From positions 128,001 through 192,000 of the forward strand of contig CAWKNZ010000010.1 of assembly GCA_963851265.1 (NCBI GenBank): a stretch of 64,000 nucleotides of DNA. The letters are read 5' to 3'. Each line of letters opens with the position of its first letter. Position 1 is the stretch's first letter. This DNA comes from an uncultured Gemmatimonadales bacterium (GTDB taxonomy: Bacteria; Gemmatimonadota; Gemmatimonadetes; Gemmatimonadales; Gemmatimonadaceae). Position numbers and translations under genes: made by a program. This document shows, one piece after another, positions 47,519 to 57,069 of the stretch. Below the pieces are notes generated by a model, which saw only the letters and a program-made list of their open reading frames with translations, was not told the origin of the DNA and did no database searches.

Positions 47519-48529
47519 TCACGGCCGTGCGGGGAGCGGGACGATGTAGAGCGCGTTCTGCTGCATCGACGACACGGCGAGCCGGCCGCGGCGCGTGTCG
47601 ACGGCGATCCCGGCCGGCGAGGTCAGGCCCGTGAGCACGGGCACGAGCGGCTCGCCGACGCGGAAGCGATACACGGCCCGCGCATCCCAACTCGACACGA
47701 ACCAGCCGCCCCCCGGGGCGGGGCGCAGCCCGTCGACGCGACCGCCCGGGAGGCGGACGACGACGACCTTGCCGCTGTCCGCCGGGCCGACGCGCTCGAG
47801 CACGCTGTCGCCGAAGGTCGTCACGAGGGCGCGCCCGTCGGGCCACGCGGCGACGCCGTCCGGCCGCCCGAGGGCGAGCCCGCGCGCTACCACGTGGACG
47901 GTTCCCCCCGGTCGGCCCGGGACGATGCGGTAGACGGCGTCCAGGTCCTGGGACGTGTCGGCCCGGACGGCGCCGTGCGCGCCGGGGTGCCGGTCGGGGC
48001 CGGTGTCGGTGACCCAGAGCGAGCCGTCGTCGGCGTAGACGACGTCGTTGAGTCGGAGCCCCGGAGTCGGGACGACGCCGATCGGGCGCCCCGTCCGGCG
48101 GTCGAAGAAGCGCACGGCGGCGAGGTCGCACACGGCCAGCGTGTCGCCGCGGATGGCGAGCCCCATCGGGGCGTCGAGTCGGACGCCCCCTCGGCCGCCG
48201 CGAATCCACGCGCGGTCGAGCACCCGCCCATCCGGCGCGACGCGGCTGACGTATCCGTTGTCGTCGCGCGCCGTCGGACTGCCGTTCACGTTCGCGACCA
48301 GGTAGACGTCGGCCGTCGAGTCGTAGACGAGGTTTTCGGGCCCGCGGAAGCCGACGCCGCGCACGACCGTCGTGTCGCCGCGTCCCCGCCGCCCGTCCGG
48401 CCATGCGCGCGCGGGCGCCCGGCCCGCGGTCGCGGCGAGGACGACCGCGGGAAGCAGGAGCGCGAGTTCGCGTCGCCGCGCGTGCGGGCCGGACGCGGGC
48501 GGGCGCACGGGGGCGTCGGGGCGCGTCAC
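47519..48529 (-). CDS. Secreted beta-propeller protein (SMP-30/gluconolactonase-like)
   Basis: Arg-rich signal; GFRGPENLVYD, LDAPMGLAI, LNDV, PDGVA, SPAGIAVD repeats. Confidence 0.7.
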   Translation of the reverse strand: MTRPDAPVRPPASGPHARRRELALLLPAVVLAATAGRAPARAWPDGRRGRGDTTVVRGVGFRGPENLVYDSTADVYLVANVNGSPTARDDNGYVSRVAPDGRVLDRAWIRGGRGGVRLDAPMGLAIRGDTLAVCDLAAVRFFDRRTGRPIGVVPTPGLRLNDVVYADDGSLWVTDTGPDRHPGAHGAVRADTSQDLDAVYRIVPGRPGGTVHVVARGLALGRPDGVAAWPDGRALVTTFGDSVLERVGPADSGKVVVVRLPGGRVDGLRPAPGGGWFVSSWDARAVYRFRVGEPLVPVLTGLTSPAGIAVDTRRGRLAVSSMQQNALYIVPLPARP

Positions 48530-49302
48530 GGGCCGGTGCTCGCGATGGGCAGCGAAAGCCCCGCGAGGAGCGTGAGCGGGTGCGCCGCGTCGAGATAGCG
48601 CCGTTCGCCGCGGGGCACCTCGTCGCCCGCACGCGGCAGCCCGGTCGCCACGTAATCCAGCAGCACCGTGACGGCCACCCCGTGCGCCCACGTCGCGCGC
48701 GCGAGCCGCGCGAACGGGTAGGCGTCGGTGACCAGATCGAGCTCGAGCTTGTGCGTGTACGAGCTGCGATCGTCAGGCCGCTGCGCAGGACCGTACAGGT
48801 CGCCGACGTGGGCGCTCAGGTCGAACCACCCCGCGGCATCGGCGGTCCGGACGAGCGCCCCGGTGGCGACGAGCGTAACGGTCGGCGAGTTCGCGTGGAG
48901 GTACGTCGAGCCGACCTCGCTCGCCGTGTAGCGCGTGAACGGGTTACCCTGCTCGGTCGCGTTCGGCGTCCACTGCACGCTCCCCAGGAGCCCGACGCGG
49001 GGAATCGGCGTCTGCACGGTCCCGACGAGCGTCAGCTGCAGGTTGCTCTCGGGCGGGAGCCGGCGCACGCTGCCGTCGCTCAGCCGCTCGACGCGGGGCG
49101 CGCCGGCGATCGGCGACCGGTTGAGCGCGGGAAAGAAGGTGAGCGCCGGCGAGCAGAGGACGTGGCACGGCGCCGCCGGTGCCTGGGCGGCGACCGGTGC
49201 GGCGACCGGCACGGCGAGTGCCGTTAGGCAACGGGCGGCGGCCGACCGCCCCGCGTCCCGCGCGCGCGGGACGGCCGCCGCGCGGCCCACCCGCCTCGCC
49301 AT
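48526..49302 (-). CDS. Hypothetical secreted protein (possibly outer-membrane)
   Basis: Signal-like N-terminus, CHVLCSP, alternating beta-strand pattern; stop overlaps the next start. Confidence 0.55.
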   Translation of the reverse strand: MARRVGRAAAVPRARDAGRSAAARCLTALAVPVAAPVAAQAPAAPCHVLCSPALTFFPALNRSPIAGAPRVERLSDGSVRRLPPESNLQLTLVGTVQTPIPRVGLLGSVQWTPNATEQGNPFTRYTASEVGSTYLHANSPTVTLVATGALVRTADAAGWFDLSAHVGDLYGPAQRPDDRSSYTHKLELDLVTDAYPFARLARATWAHGVAVTVLLDYVATGLPRAGDEVPRGERRYLDAAHPLTLLAGLSLPIASTGP

Positions 49303-49366
49303 CCGCCCGAACACCCCGTGACGCACGTGTCCTCCCGCCCGCCATGACCGCAGCAGGCTCCGCCGG

Positions 49367-49423
49367 AGTACAAATGAGTACGTACAGAATTGTACGTACA
49401 GGGTCGTACACGCGTGTAATTAC
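49367..49423. promoter_or_regulatory. AT-rich GTAC-containing palindromes between the dehydrogenase/oxidase operon and the Crp/Fnr gene
   Basis: GTACGTACA-gaat-TGTACGTAC (49378-49399) and TACACGCGTGTA (49407-49418). Confidence 0.5.
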
Positions 49424-49547
49424 GGCGTGAGCGCGGTGGCGTGCAAGTCCCGGGCGCGGGGGCCCACGCCGTGCGCGCCACGGCCTTGGGATATCTTTGT
49501 GCGACCGCGCCCGGCACCGCCGGTCGTGCCACGCGCAGCCTCCGCCC

Positions 49548-50333
49548 ATGCCTCCGTCCCGCTCCGCCGCCCGCCCGCCCGCTGCCGGAACGCCTCGCGC
49601 ACGCGGGGCCGCTCCGGCGCGCACCGCCACTCGGGGTGACGAACGCAATCGACTCCTGGCTCGCCTGCCCAGCGCCGAGTACGCCCGCCTGGCGGCGCAC
49701 CTCGCGCCCGTGACCTTCCCCGCGCGCCATGTCGTGTACGAGCCGGGGGCACCGATCACGCACGTCTACTTCCCGCAGGCCGGGATGTTCTCCCTGGTCC
49801 TGCCGCTCGCCGACGGCGGCACGGTCGAGGTCGGGATGGTCGGCCGCGAGGGCATGGCCGGCATCCCGGCCGTGCTCGGGGTCGACGCGCCGGCCATCCG
49901 CTGCATCGTGCAGCTCGAGGTGCGCGCGCAGGCCCTGCGCGTCCCGGTGCTGCGCCGCCTGTCGCGCGGCGACGCCGCGCTCCACGTCCTCCTCAAGCGG
50001 TACGTCCAGACACACATGGACCAGATCGCCCAGGGGGCGGCGTGCAACCGGCGGCACACGCTCGAGCGCCGCTGCGCGCGCTGGCTGCTCATGAGCCACG
50101 ACCGCGCCGAGGCCGACGCGTTTCCGCTCACGCAGGAGTTCCTCGCCTACATGCTCGGCGTGCACCGCCCCGCCGTCGTCACGGCGTTAGGCGTCCTCCG
50201 GAACGCGGGGCTGGTCGAGTCGTCGCACGAGCGCGGGGGCGGAATCCGCATCCTGGACCGCCCCGGGCTGGAGCGCGCGGCGTGCGAGTGCTACGCCGCG
50301 ATCCGCCGGCGGTTCGACGCGGTGTTCGCGTGA
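49548..50333 (+). CDS. Crp/Fnr family transcriptional regulator
   Basis: NRLLARLP, VEVGMVGREG, ACNRRHTLERRCARWLL, LTQEFLAYMLGV, LERAACECY. Confidence 0.9.
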   Translation: MPPSRSAARPPAAGTPRARGAAPARTATRGDERNRLLARLPSAEYARLAAHLAPVTFPARHVVYEPGAPITHVYFPQAGMFSLVLPLADGGTVEVGMVGREGMAGIPAVLGVDAPAIRCIVQLEVRAQALRVPVLRRLSRGDAALHVLLKRYVQTHMDQIAQGAACNRRHTLERRCARWLLMSHDRAEADAFPLTQEFLAYMLGVHRPAVVTALGVLRNAGLVESSHERGGGIRILDRPGLERAACECYAAIRRRFDAVFA

Positions 50334-50399
50334 GGGAGCGGACGACGCGCGACGCGGCCGCGACGCGGTCGGAACCGACGTGAGCGCGGGTCGCGCCCG

Positions 50400-51284
50400 C
50401 TAAGGAGTGCTCAGCGGGTGCTTGCTCTGCTCGTAGAAGTCGTGCTGCAGCCGCAGACTCTCCCGGTCGGCCTTGACGGCGCGGATCGACTGCACGATGG
50501 CCGTGATCCACGTCTTCGCCTCGAACGCGCCGAGCTCGCGCGACGCGACGGCGCCCTCACCGGCGTAGTGGTTCGGGAATCGCGCGTACCACCAGATGCC
50601 GGTGTACAGGCCGTCCGGCAGTTGGACGCGCGCCTGATCGGCCCCCGATTCCTGCGACGCCCGCTCGAGATGGACGAGGTCGGGGCGCGCGATCATCGTC
50701 ATCGAGGTCTCGCTCTCGCCGGCGTGCATGTCCGTGGCCGGATTCGACCGGTGCTTCGGCTCGCCGGGTCCGCTCCGCGCCAGGCCCTGCACGTACACGA
50801 CGTACTCGTGTGGCGCCTCGAGCTGCGTCTGCGCGAAGTACGGCAGCAGGCTGGTGTTGCCCCCGTGGCCGTTCACGACGATGATCTTCTGGCAGCCATT
50901 GCGGGCCATCTCGTCCGTCGTCTCCTGCAACAGCTGGAGCTGGAGCCCGCGACTGTACGCGACCGTTCCGGGCTCGTGCTTCGCCTCGAAGATCTGGCCG
51001 AAGTAGTACTCGGGGAACACGACCGCGTACTCCTGCTCGGCTGCGTGGAGTGCGGCGTACCGCACGTTGAGCAGGTCGTTGCCGAGGGGGAGATGCGGCC
51101 CGTGCTTCTCGAGAATGCCGAACGGGAGCAAGCACGTGCCGCCTGCGCGCGTGATCGCCTGACGGAAGTCGGCGGCCGTCAGCTCCTCCCAGTGTACCGA
51201 GAGCCGATCCGGCGCCGCGGGGGCCTGCGCCCCGGCGGTCGACGCGAAGAGTGCCGCGATGGTCAGCCATGACGCCGTGCGCAC
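50400..51284 (-). CDS. Creatininase-family amidohydrolase with signal peptide
   Basis: LPFGILEKHGPHLPLGND, VNGHGGN, HAGESETS. Confidence 0.87.
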   Translation of the reverse strand: MRTASWLTIAALFASTAGAQAPAAPDRLSVHWEELTAADFRQAITRAGGTCLLPFGILEKHGPHLPLGNDLLNVRYAALHAAEQEYAVVFPEYYFGQIFEAKHEPGTVAYSRGLQLQLLQETTDEMARNGCQKIIVVNGHGGNTSLLPYFAQTQLEAPHEYVVYVQGLARSGPGEPKHRSNPATDMHAGESETSMTMIARPDLVHLERASQESGADQARVQLPDGLYTGIWWYARFPNHYAGEGAVASRELGAFEAKTWITAIVQSIRAVKADRESLRLQHDFYEQSKHPLSTP

Positions 51285-51365
51285 GTATCCTCCGTTGCTG
51301 GTGTGGGGCGGAGTGTAGCGCGCGGGCGGACCGGTGCCAGGGGTCGCGCCGGCGGCGGGAATCCG

Positions 51366-51776
51366 TTAGGCGACCGGCCCGGCGCGACGCGACTCCTCCA
51401 CCACGGCGATCGCGTCGACCGAGAACAGGAGCCCCCGCGGGAGCGCGATGACCGGCGTGGACCGAACGGGCGGGCTCTCAGGAAAGCATTCGGCGAACAG
51501 CGCGTTCAACGTGCCGAACGCCCCGGGATCTGCCACGTAGCACGTCACCTTCACGACGCGCTCCATCCGGCTCCCCGCGTCCTCGAGCACCGCGCGCAGA
51601 TTGGCGAACGCCTGCCGCGCCTGCGCCTCGAAGGTTTCACCCGCCACCTGCCCCGTCGCCGGATCGATCCCCGGCTGTCCGGCGGTGAACACGAGGTCCC
51701 CCACGCGCACGGCCTGCGAGTAGGGCCCGATACGCGGCACGCGCGCACTCTCGACGACTTCGTCCGGCAACGCCAC
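51366..51776 (-). CDS. RidA/YjgF family protein
   Basis: IGPYSQAVRVGDLVFTAGQPGIDP, VVKVTCY, PPVRS...LPRG. Confidence 0.88.
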   Translation of the reverse strand: MALPDEVVESARVPRIGPYSQAVRVGDLVFTAGQPGIDPATGQVAGETFEAQARQAFANLRAVLEDAGSRMERVVKVTCYVADPGAFGTLNALFAECFPESPPVRSTPVIALPRGLLFSVDAIAVVEESRRAGPVA

Positions 51777-51979
51777 TGGGTTTCCTCGTGAGGGTGAGAA
51801 CGACCATCGCGCGTCGGACGGTAGCATCAGCACCGGCGCGCGGGATCGGCCAGGCCGATGTCGGCGCGCCCGGCCCGCACGCGGCAACGCCGGAGGGGCA
51901 TTGTCAGGATCCATGCTCTCGCGTTCGCCGCTTGCTCGCGGCCCGGAGCCGCGCACGATGATTGCTTGGCCGCCCACTC

Positions 51980-53804
51980 ATGCGCGCCAAACGGTCGCCG
52001 CCGACCCTCCGTAACGAGAAAACGCCGGTCCCGGCTGCCGCGCGCGCCTTGGGCCAGGTCGCCGCCCCGTCCGCCGCCCGAACCGCACCAGACGACTCGA
52101 TCGGGAGCACCGGCACCGACGACCCGACGGCGGACGTGCCGTCCCTGCCGCGTCTCGCGCTGCTCGATGCGGCGATCCGTCAGACTCGCGACGCGATCGT
52201 GATCACCACGGCCGATCTCGACCCGCCCGGACCGACGATCGTCTTCGTCAACCCCGCGTTCTGTGCCATGACGGGGTACGCCTCCGACGCGCTGCTCGGG
52301 CGCTCCCCCCGCATCCTGCAAGGGCCGGAGACCGACCGCAGCGTGCTGGATGCGCTCCGCGCGGCGCTTGCCGCCGCCGCCCCGTGGACCGGCGAGACGG
52401 TCAACTATCGCTCGGACGGCCGCTCGTACCGCGTGCATTGGCAGATCACCCCCGTGCACGCGGCCGGCGCGGGCCCTGCCTTCGGGCCGGCGTCCGCGGC
52501 GCCGGGCACCGGCCCGATCACGCATTTCGTCGCTGTCCAGCACGATGTCACGGAGCGGCGCGCACTCGAGGCGCGCGTGCGGACGACCGGCACGCTCGAG
52601 GCACTCGGGCGCCTCGCCGGCGGGGTCGCGCACGACTTCAACAATCTGCTCACCGTCATCGCGGGCGGGACCGAGTTCGCGCTCGACCTCCTGGGCCCCG
52701 ACCACCCCGCGCGCGCCGAGCTGGCCGACGTGCAGACTGCGACCCGGCGCGCCGCGGCCCTCACGCGCCAGCTGCTCGCCTTCGGCCGCCGGCAGGCATT
52801 CGTGCCGGCGCCGCTCGACGTCAACGCGGCGGTCGCGGCGGTCGAGCCGATGCTCGCCCGGATCGTCGGCCCCGGGATCGCGGTGGTGGTGGAGCTCGCA
52901 GCGTCGAGGGCGCTGGCGCGCGTCGACGCCGCGCAGCTCGACCAGGTGCTCGTCAATCTCGCGGCGAATGCGCGTGATGCGATGCCCGGCGGCGGCCTGC
53001 TCACCATCGCGACGGCCGCTGCCGTCGCGCCCGAGGACGCGTCGGGTGGAGCGAAGGACGCGGGTTCGACCGCCGCGGACGCCCGAACGTCGTACGTGCG
53101 TCTCACCGTGGCCGACACGGGCCACGGCATGGACGCCGCGACCCAGGCGCGGCTCTTCGAGCCCTTCTTCACGACCAAGCCGGCAGGCCGCGGCACGGGG
53201 CTCGGCCTCGCGACCGTGTACGGCATCGTCGCCCAGAGCGGCGGGCACGTGCGCGTGGAGAGCGCGCCGGACCGGGGCACGACGGTCCACGTGTATCTGC
53301 CGTCGGCGGTCGGTGATGCGGCGGCCGCCGCCGCGGCGGACTCCCCGGCAGCGGCATGAGACCGACGATCCGCGTGGGTCGGAGCTCGTCCTCGTCGTCG
53401 AAGACGAGCGGCTGGTGCGCGCGGCGCTCCAACGGCTGCTCGAGTCGCGCGGCTACTCGGTGCTCGCCGCGCGGCACGGCGAGGACGCGCTCCGGCTGTA
53501 TGCGGCACACGGCGGCGCGGCGGGCCGGATCGCGCTCGTGCTCACGGACGTCGTGATGCCCGCCGTGGACGGCCCGACGCTGGTAGCGCGCCTGCGGGCG
53601 GTCCGGCCGCGGCAGAAGGTGGTATACCTGTCGGGATACGCCGCCACGGGTCCGCGCGCCGAGGGGCTGGGAGGGGGGTTGGACGGCGTGACCGTCATGC
53701 GGGACGCGGTCACGGCCGTCGTCGAGAAGCCGTTCGCCGCGGCCGCCCTCGCGCGCGCCGTGCGCGAACTGCTCGACCGCGCCGACGCATCGGAGGGGGC
53801 GTGA
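51980..53804 (+). CDS. PAS hybrid sensor histidine kinase/response regulator (receiver domain out of frame near 53350)
   Basis: PAS (FVNPAFCAMTGY, PRILQGPETD), HisKA AHDFNNLL, NARDAMP, FEPFFTTK..GTGLGL. The receiver (VLVVEDE, LTDVVMP, EKPF) follows in the +1 frame to 53804. Confidence 0.8.
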
Positions 53805-54217
53805 CGTCGGCGCCCCTGTAGGCGCGAGTGCTCGACCGGGGTCGTCGGTGGCCGTGAGCGGCGGCGCGCCCGAGGCGTCGTGTCTTCGTGCGAGGCCGTC
53901 GCGCGTAACGGGTGCGCTACCGGCCCCCGGTTTGCACTCCCCCCGTGCTGGTAAGTCCGGGGACGCGTCGTGTTTCCCGGGACGACTTCTACCTTCACAC
54001 CTGGTTTGACCCCGTGCCGTACTTGACCGTGTTTACCTCCGTTTGCGCCGCCTGGCTCGTCACCGCCGCCGGTTTCGGCTACGTCGCGAATCGCGCGGTC
54101 CGCGCGCCCGAGTAACTCGCGCGCCGGTCGGTCCGCTGCGGTCGCGGTGCGAACGGTTCCGGCGCCCGGCCCCACGACGCGGCCACTCGGCACGGTGAGC
54201 GTCCGAGTGGGTCTGAC

Positions 54218-54481
54218 TCATCGGAAGCGGATCTTCGCCACCAGCAGGGTCCCGGCGAGCACGACGACGCCCACGTTGGTCAGGATCACGGGCCGCTGCG
54301 CCGAGGCCACGCCGTAGGCGATCCATAGTGCGCCCGACGCGATGAGGAGGAGGATCAGCCCCCAGGCGACGTCGTGCATCTTGCGCGTGCGGTAGGCGCG
54401 GACCACCTGCGGCACGAGCGAGAGCACGGTGAGCGCGCCCGCCGCGTAGCCGACGTACGACGTCAAGCTGGACGAGGTCAC
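54218..54481 (-). CDS. SemiSWEET (PQ-loop) sugar transporter
   Basis: GYAAGALTVLSLVPQVVRAYRTR...LWIAYG...PVILTN; 87 aa, 3 TM. Confidence 0.85.
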   Translation of the reverse strand: MTSSSLTSYVGYAAGALTVLSLVPQVVRAYRTRKMHDVAWGLILLLIASGALWIAYGVASAQRPVILTNVGVVVLAGTLLVAKIRFR

Positions 54482-54517
54482 CGCGTGCTCCGGATCAGCA
54501 CGGCTGACGCCTGTCGA

Positions 54518-54762
54518 TCACGCACGGACGGCGTTCGAGCGCAACGCCTCGTTCGGCGGGTTGCACCGGGGTTGGATTCGCGGCGCGGCCCGGAGCTCGT
54601 CGACGACCCGCTCCACTGTGGCCGTGACCTCGTCGGGCGCGTCGTGGCCGAGGTACTCGGCGAATGCCTCGGCGTGGGGCTGACTGCGCGTCCGGTGCGC
54701 GCGGCTGTGTGCTGTTCCGCCGTCCGGAAGAGCCGGTCGGAGACGGAGACGGCGGTCCTCAT
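54518..54762 (-). pseudogene. Frameshifted ribbon-helix-helix antitoxin (ChpI/CopG-like) remnant
   Basis: MRTAVSVSDRLFRTAEQH in one frame continues as RSQPHAEAFAEYLGHDAPDEVTATVERVVDEL in another. No toxin seen. Confidence 0.55.
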
Positions 54763-54996
54763 ACCGCGAGCATAACCCCGAGGCCAGGCGTCGCCAAGGC
54801 TGCGGATCTGCCCCGGCCGGGATGCCGCCCAACGTCAGGGTTGGCGGTGATGTGACGTTGGAGCGCCACCGGTTGGGTGAGGTACGGGCGGCTTGGGACT
54901 CCGGACACGTCCGGCCGATATCGGTGCGCGTGTGCGCCCATCCCGAGGCTATCGGCGGACCTTTGGAGCCGTGATGCGGCGTGTGTCCGCCGGCGC

Positions 54997-55566
54997 CTAC
55001 GGGCCCGCGCCAGCGCCCGCTCTGGTCGTGATTTTGATGACACCGTTCGCCGCCTCGGGGGCCGCGTAGCGCGTCGCGGCGGCAGGGCCCTTGATGACTT
55101 CGACGCTGACGATCTCGCCCGGGGTGAGTGCCCGCATCGCGGCCGCGTCGCGGCGCTTGCCGTCGATGAGGACGACGCCGTCGAACGTTCCCCCGGACGT
55201 CGCGCGCACGCGGTCCGCGACGCCGGTGCCGTTCGGGCCCGCCGCCCGGCGCGTCACGATCGCGATCGTGCCGTGGTCGTCGGGGCCATGCCTCGTGACC
55301 TCGATGGACGCGATCTCCGCCGGCGTGAGCGCGCGCGCCTGCGCGGCCGCCACGCGCCGGCCGTCGACTGTGTAAGTCGCGAGCGAGTCGCCCGGCGCGT
55401 GCACCGCCAGCGGTTGTGCCCCCCGCTCCGCGGCGCTGACGTCGAGGTTCGCGACCTGGGTGGCGGTGGGGAGCGTGCTCTCGCACGCGGCGACTACGAG
55501 CACGAGGGCGAGTGCGTTGAGGCCGAGGGCCTGGGCACGGGCGAAGCGCGGGCGGGTGGGGCGCAT
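54997..55566 (-). CDS. Lipoprotein with two TonB-receptor plug-like segments
   Basis: VAAC signal; YTVDG...PAEIASIEV and VLIDG...PGEIVSVEVIKGPAAATRY...NGVIKITT. Confidence 0.7.
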   Translation of the reverse strand: MRPTRPRFARAQALGLNALALVLVVAACESTLPTATQVANLDVSAAERGAQPLAVHAPGDSLATYTVDGRRVAAAQARALTPAEIASIEVTRHGPDDHGTIAIVTRRAAGPNGTGVADRVRATSGGTFDGVVLIDGKRRDAAAMRALTPGEIVSVEVIKGPAAATRYAAPEAANGVIKITTRAGAGAGP

Positions 55567-55629
55567 GGCGAGCAGTCTCCGTTCGAGCTGACCGCTGGGC
55601 GCGGGCGCCGGACCGCGCGCCAGCCGACG

Positions 55630-56616
55630 TTAGGCGGCTTGGGGCGGGTCGTCGCGTCTGGCGAGGTCGGGCGCGGGGAGATCGAAGATGCCGGCCATGG
55701 CCGTCGCGAGCGCGTCGCGCAGCTCCGGTGCTGTCGCCCCGAGGTGGTACGCGGCCACCACCGCGGGCCGCAACAGCCCCGTCAACGCGGCGGGCCGCTC
55801 GGCCGCCGGCACGACCGGCGCCCGCGGGGCGACGCGCGTGCCGCGCGTGCCCTCCGTCACGACCGCGCCGCGCCGTTCGAGCTCCGCGTACGCGCGGGCG
55901 ACCGTCCCGGGCGCGACGTCGAGCGCGTCGGCGAGCTGCCGCACCGTCGGGAGGCGGTCGCCGGTGGCGAGTTGCCCCGTCGCGACCGCCTCCTGCACCT
56001 GCGCGACGACCTGCTCGTAGATCGACCGGTCGGACGTGTCGTCTAACCGCACGCGGAAGGCCGGCGCGGCCGGCGCCGCGTCCGAGGCGAGGGCGTCGCA
56101 CGTCCCGGTGTGTCGGACGGCGGCGCGCGCCGCCTCGAGCGTGACACCGCGGTCGGCCAGCACCTGCGCCGCGACTCCGCGGCCTTCGGCGAGCAACCCG
56201 AGCAGGAGGTGCTCGGTGCCGAGGCCGTCGTGGCCGAGCCCCTCGGCCTCGCGCAACGCGAGCTCGACGACGCGTTTCGCGCGGCCCGTGTACGGGGTGT
56301 CCTCGACACGACCGGCGTACGGGCCCGTGCGCGGCCCGGCGGCGTCCGCGGTTTGCGCCCGGACGGCCGCGAGGTCGGCGCTGGCGGGCGCGAGGAGGGC
56401 CGTCAGAAGTCGGGCCGCGCCCCCGTCCGGCTCGCGCGTGAGCGCGAGTAGCAGGTGCTCGGTACCGACGAACGCGTGCCGGAGCCGGTGCGCCTCGTCG
56501 CGCGCGTCCGCGCCCATGGCGCGGCGCGCCGCACCTGTGAAGGCGACGCCGGCCGGTGCTCCCGGGGCGCGCGCAGTAGTGGTGCCCTTCGTGGTGCGTT
56601 GCGTGCGACCAGACAT
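55630..56616 (-). CDS. Clp N-terminal repeat domain fused to a GntR (YtrA-like) HTH regulator
   Basis: Two GTEHLLL repeats, then SIYEQVVAQV...GDRLPTVRQLA..VAPGTVARAYAELE. Confidence 0.85.
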   Translation of the reverse strand: MSGRTQRTTKGTTTARAPGAPAGVAFTGAARRAMGADARDEAHRLRHAFVGTEHLLLALTREPDGGAARLLTALLAPASADLAAVRAQTADAAGPRTGPYAGRVEDTPYTGRAKRVVELALREAEGLGHDGLGTEHLLLGLLAEGRGVAAQVLADRGVTLEAARAAVRHTGTCDALASDAAPAAPAFRVRLDDTSDRSIYEQVVAQVQEAVATGQLATGDRLPTVRQLADALDVAPGTVARAYAELERRGAVVTEGTRGTRVAPRAPVVPAAERPAALTGLLRPAVVAAYHLGATAPELRDALATAMAGIFDLPAPDLARRDDPPQAA

Positions 56617-56672
56617 GCGATGGTCTCCCGCGTGCGCTCGACGGGGTGCCCGCCGAGCGGTTGAGGCCCGCT

Positions 56673-56730
56673 TGTACTACTCCAGCCGAACATGGAGCCG
56701 TGCGCGTCTTGTGTCAACAGGCCCGGTACA
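56673..56730. promoter_or_regulatory. Possible GntR/YtrA-type operator pair upstream of the ClpN-GntR gene
   Basis: TGTAC...AACA (56673-56692) and TGT...GTACA (56710-56730). Confidence 0.35.
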
Positions 56731-57069
56731 AGCTGGGCGCACTGGATCGGATTGCGCCCCGGGTAGCGAGCTCGTCAGGGCGCGACCACTCGACCGGGGC
56801 GGGACTCTCCCCGGGTCGGTGACTCTCTCGGCTGCCGTTTAGCGGCGTCAGGGAGAGATGTTGATCGTGCGCACGGATTTCGAGATGTCGTGCGCCTCGG
56901 ACGCGACATGGCGCAGTGGGTGCCGGAGGGACGTCCGAAAGACGACCGTCGCGTTCGCGACCCGGATCGGGCATCCGGCCACCCGCCGCGGCTTGCCGGC
57001 GCGGGGACGGCGCCGTACGTTCGCGGCGCCCCCGAACCAGGATCTGCCCGTCGCGCACGCGCCGTGGCG

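Noticed and set aside
53912..54115. Small ORF with one hydrophobic segment
   Set aside because: No recognisable family or clear RBS; cannot be supported as a gene.
56712..56730. TGTCAACAGG...ACA resembling a PpsR box outside the PGC
   Set aside because: Spacing is N13, not N12, and the site is unpaired.
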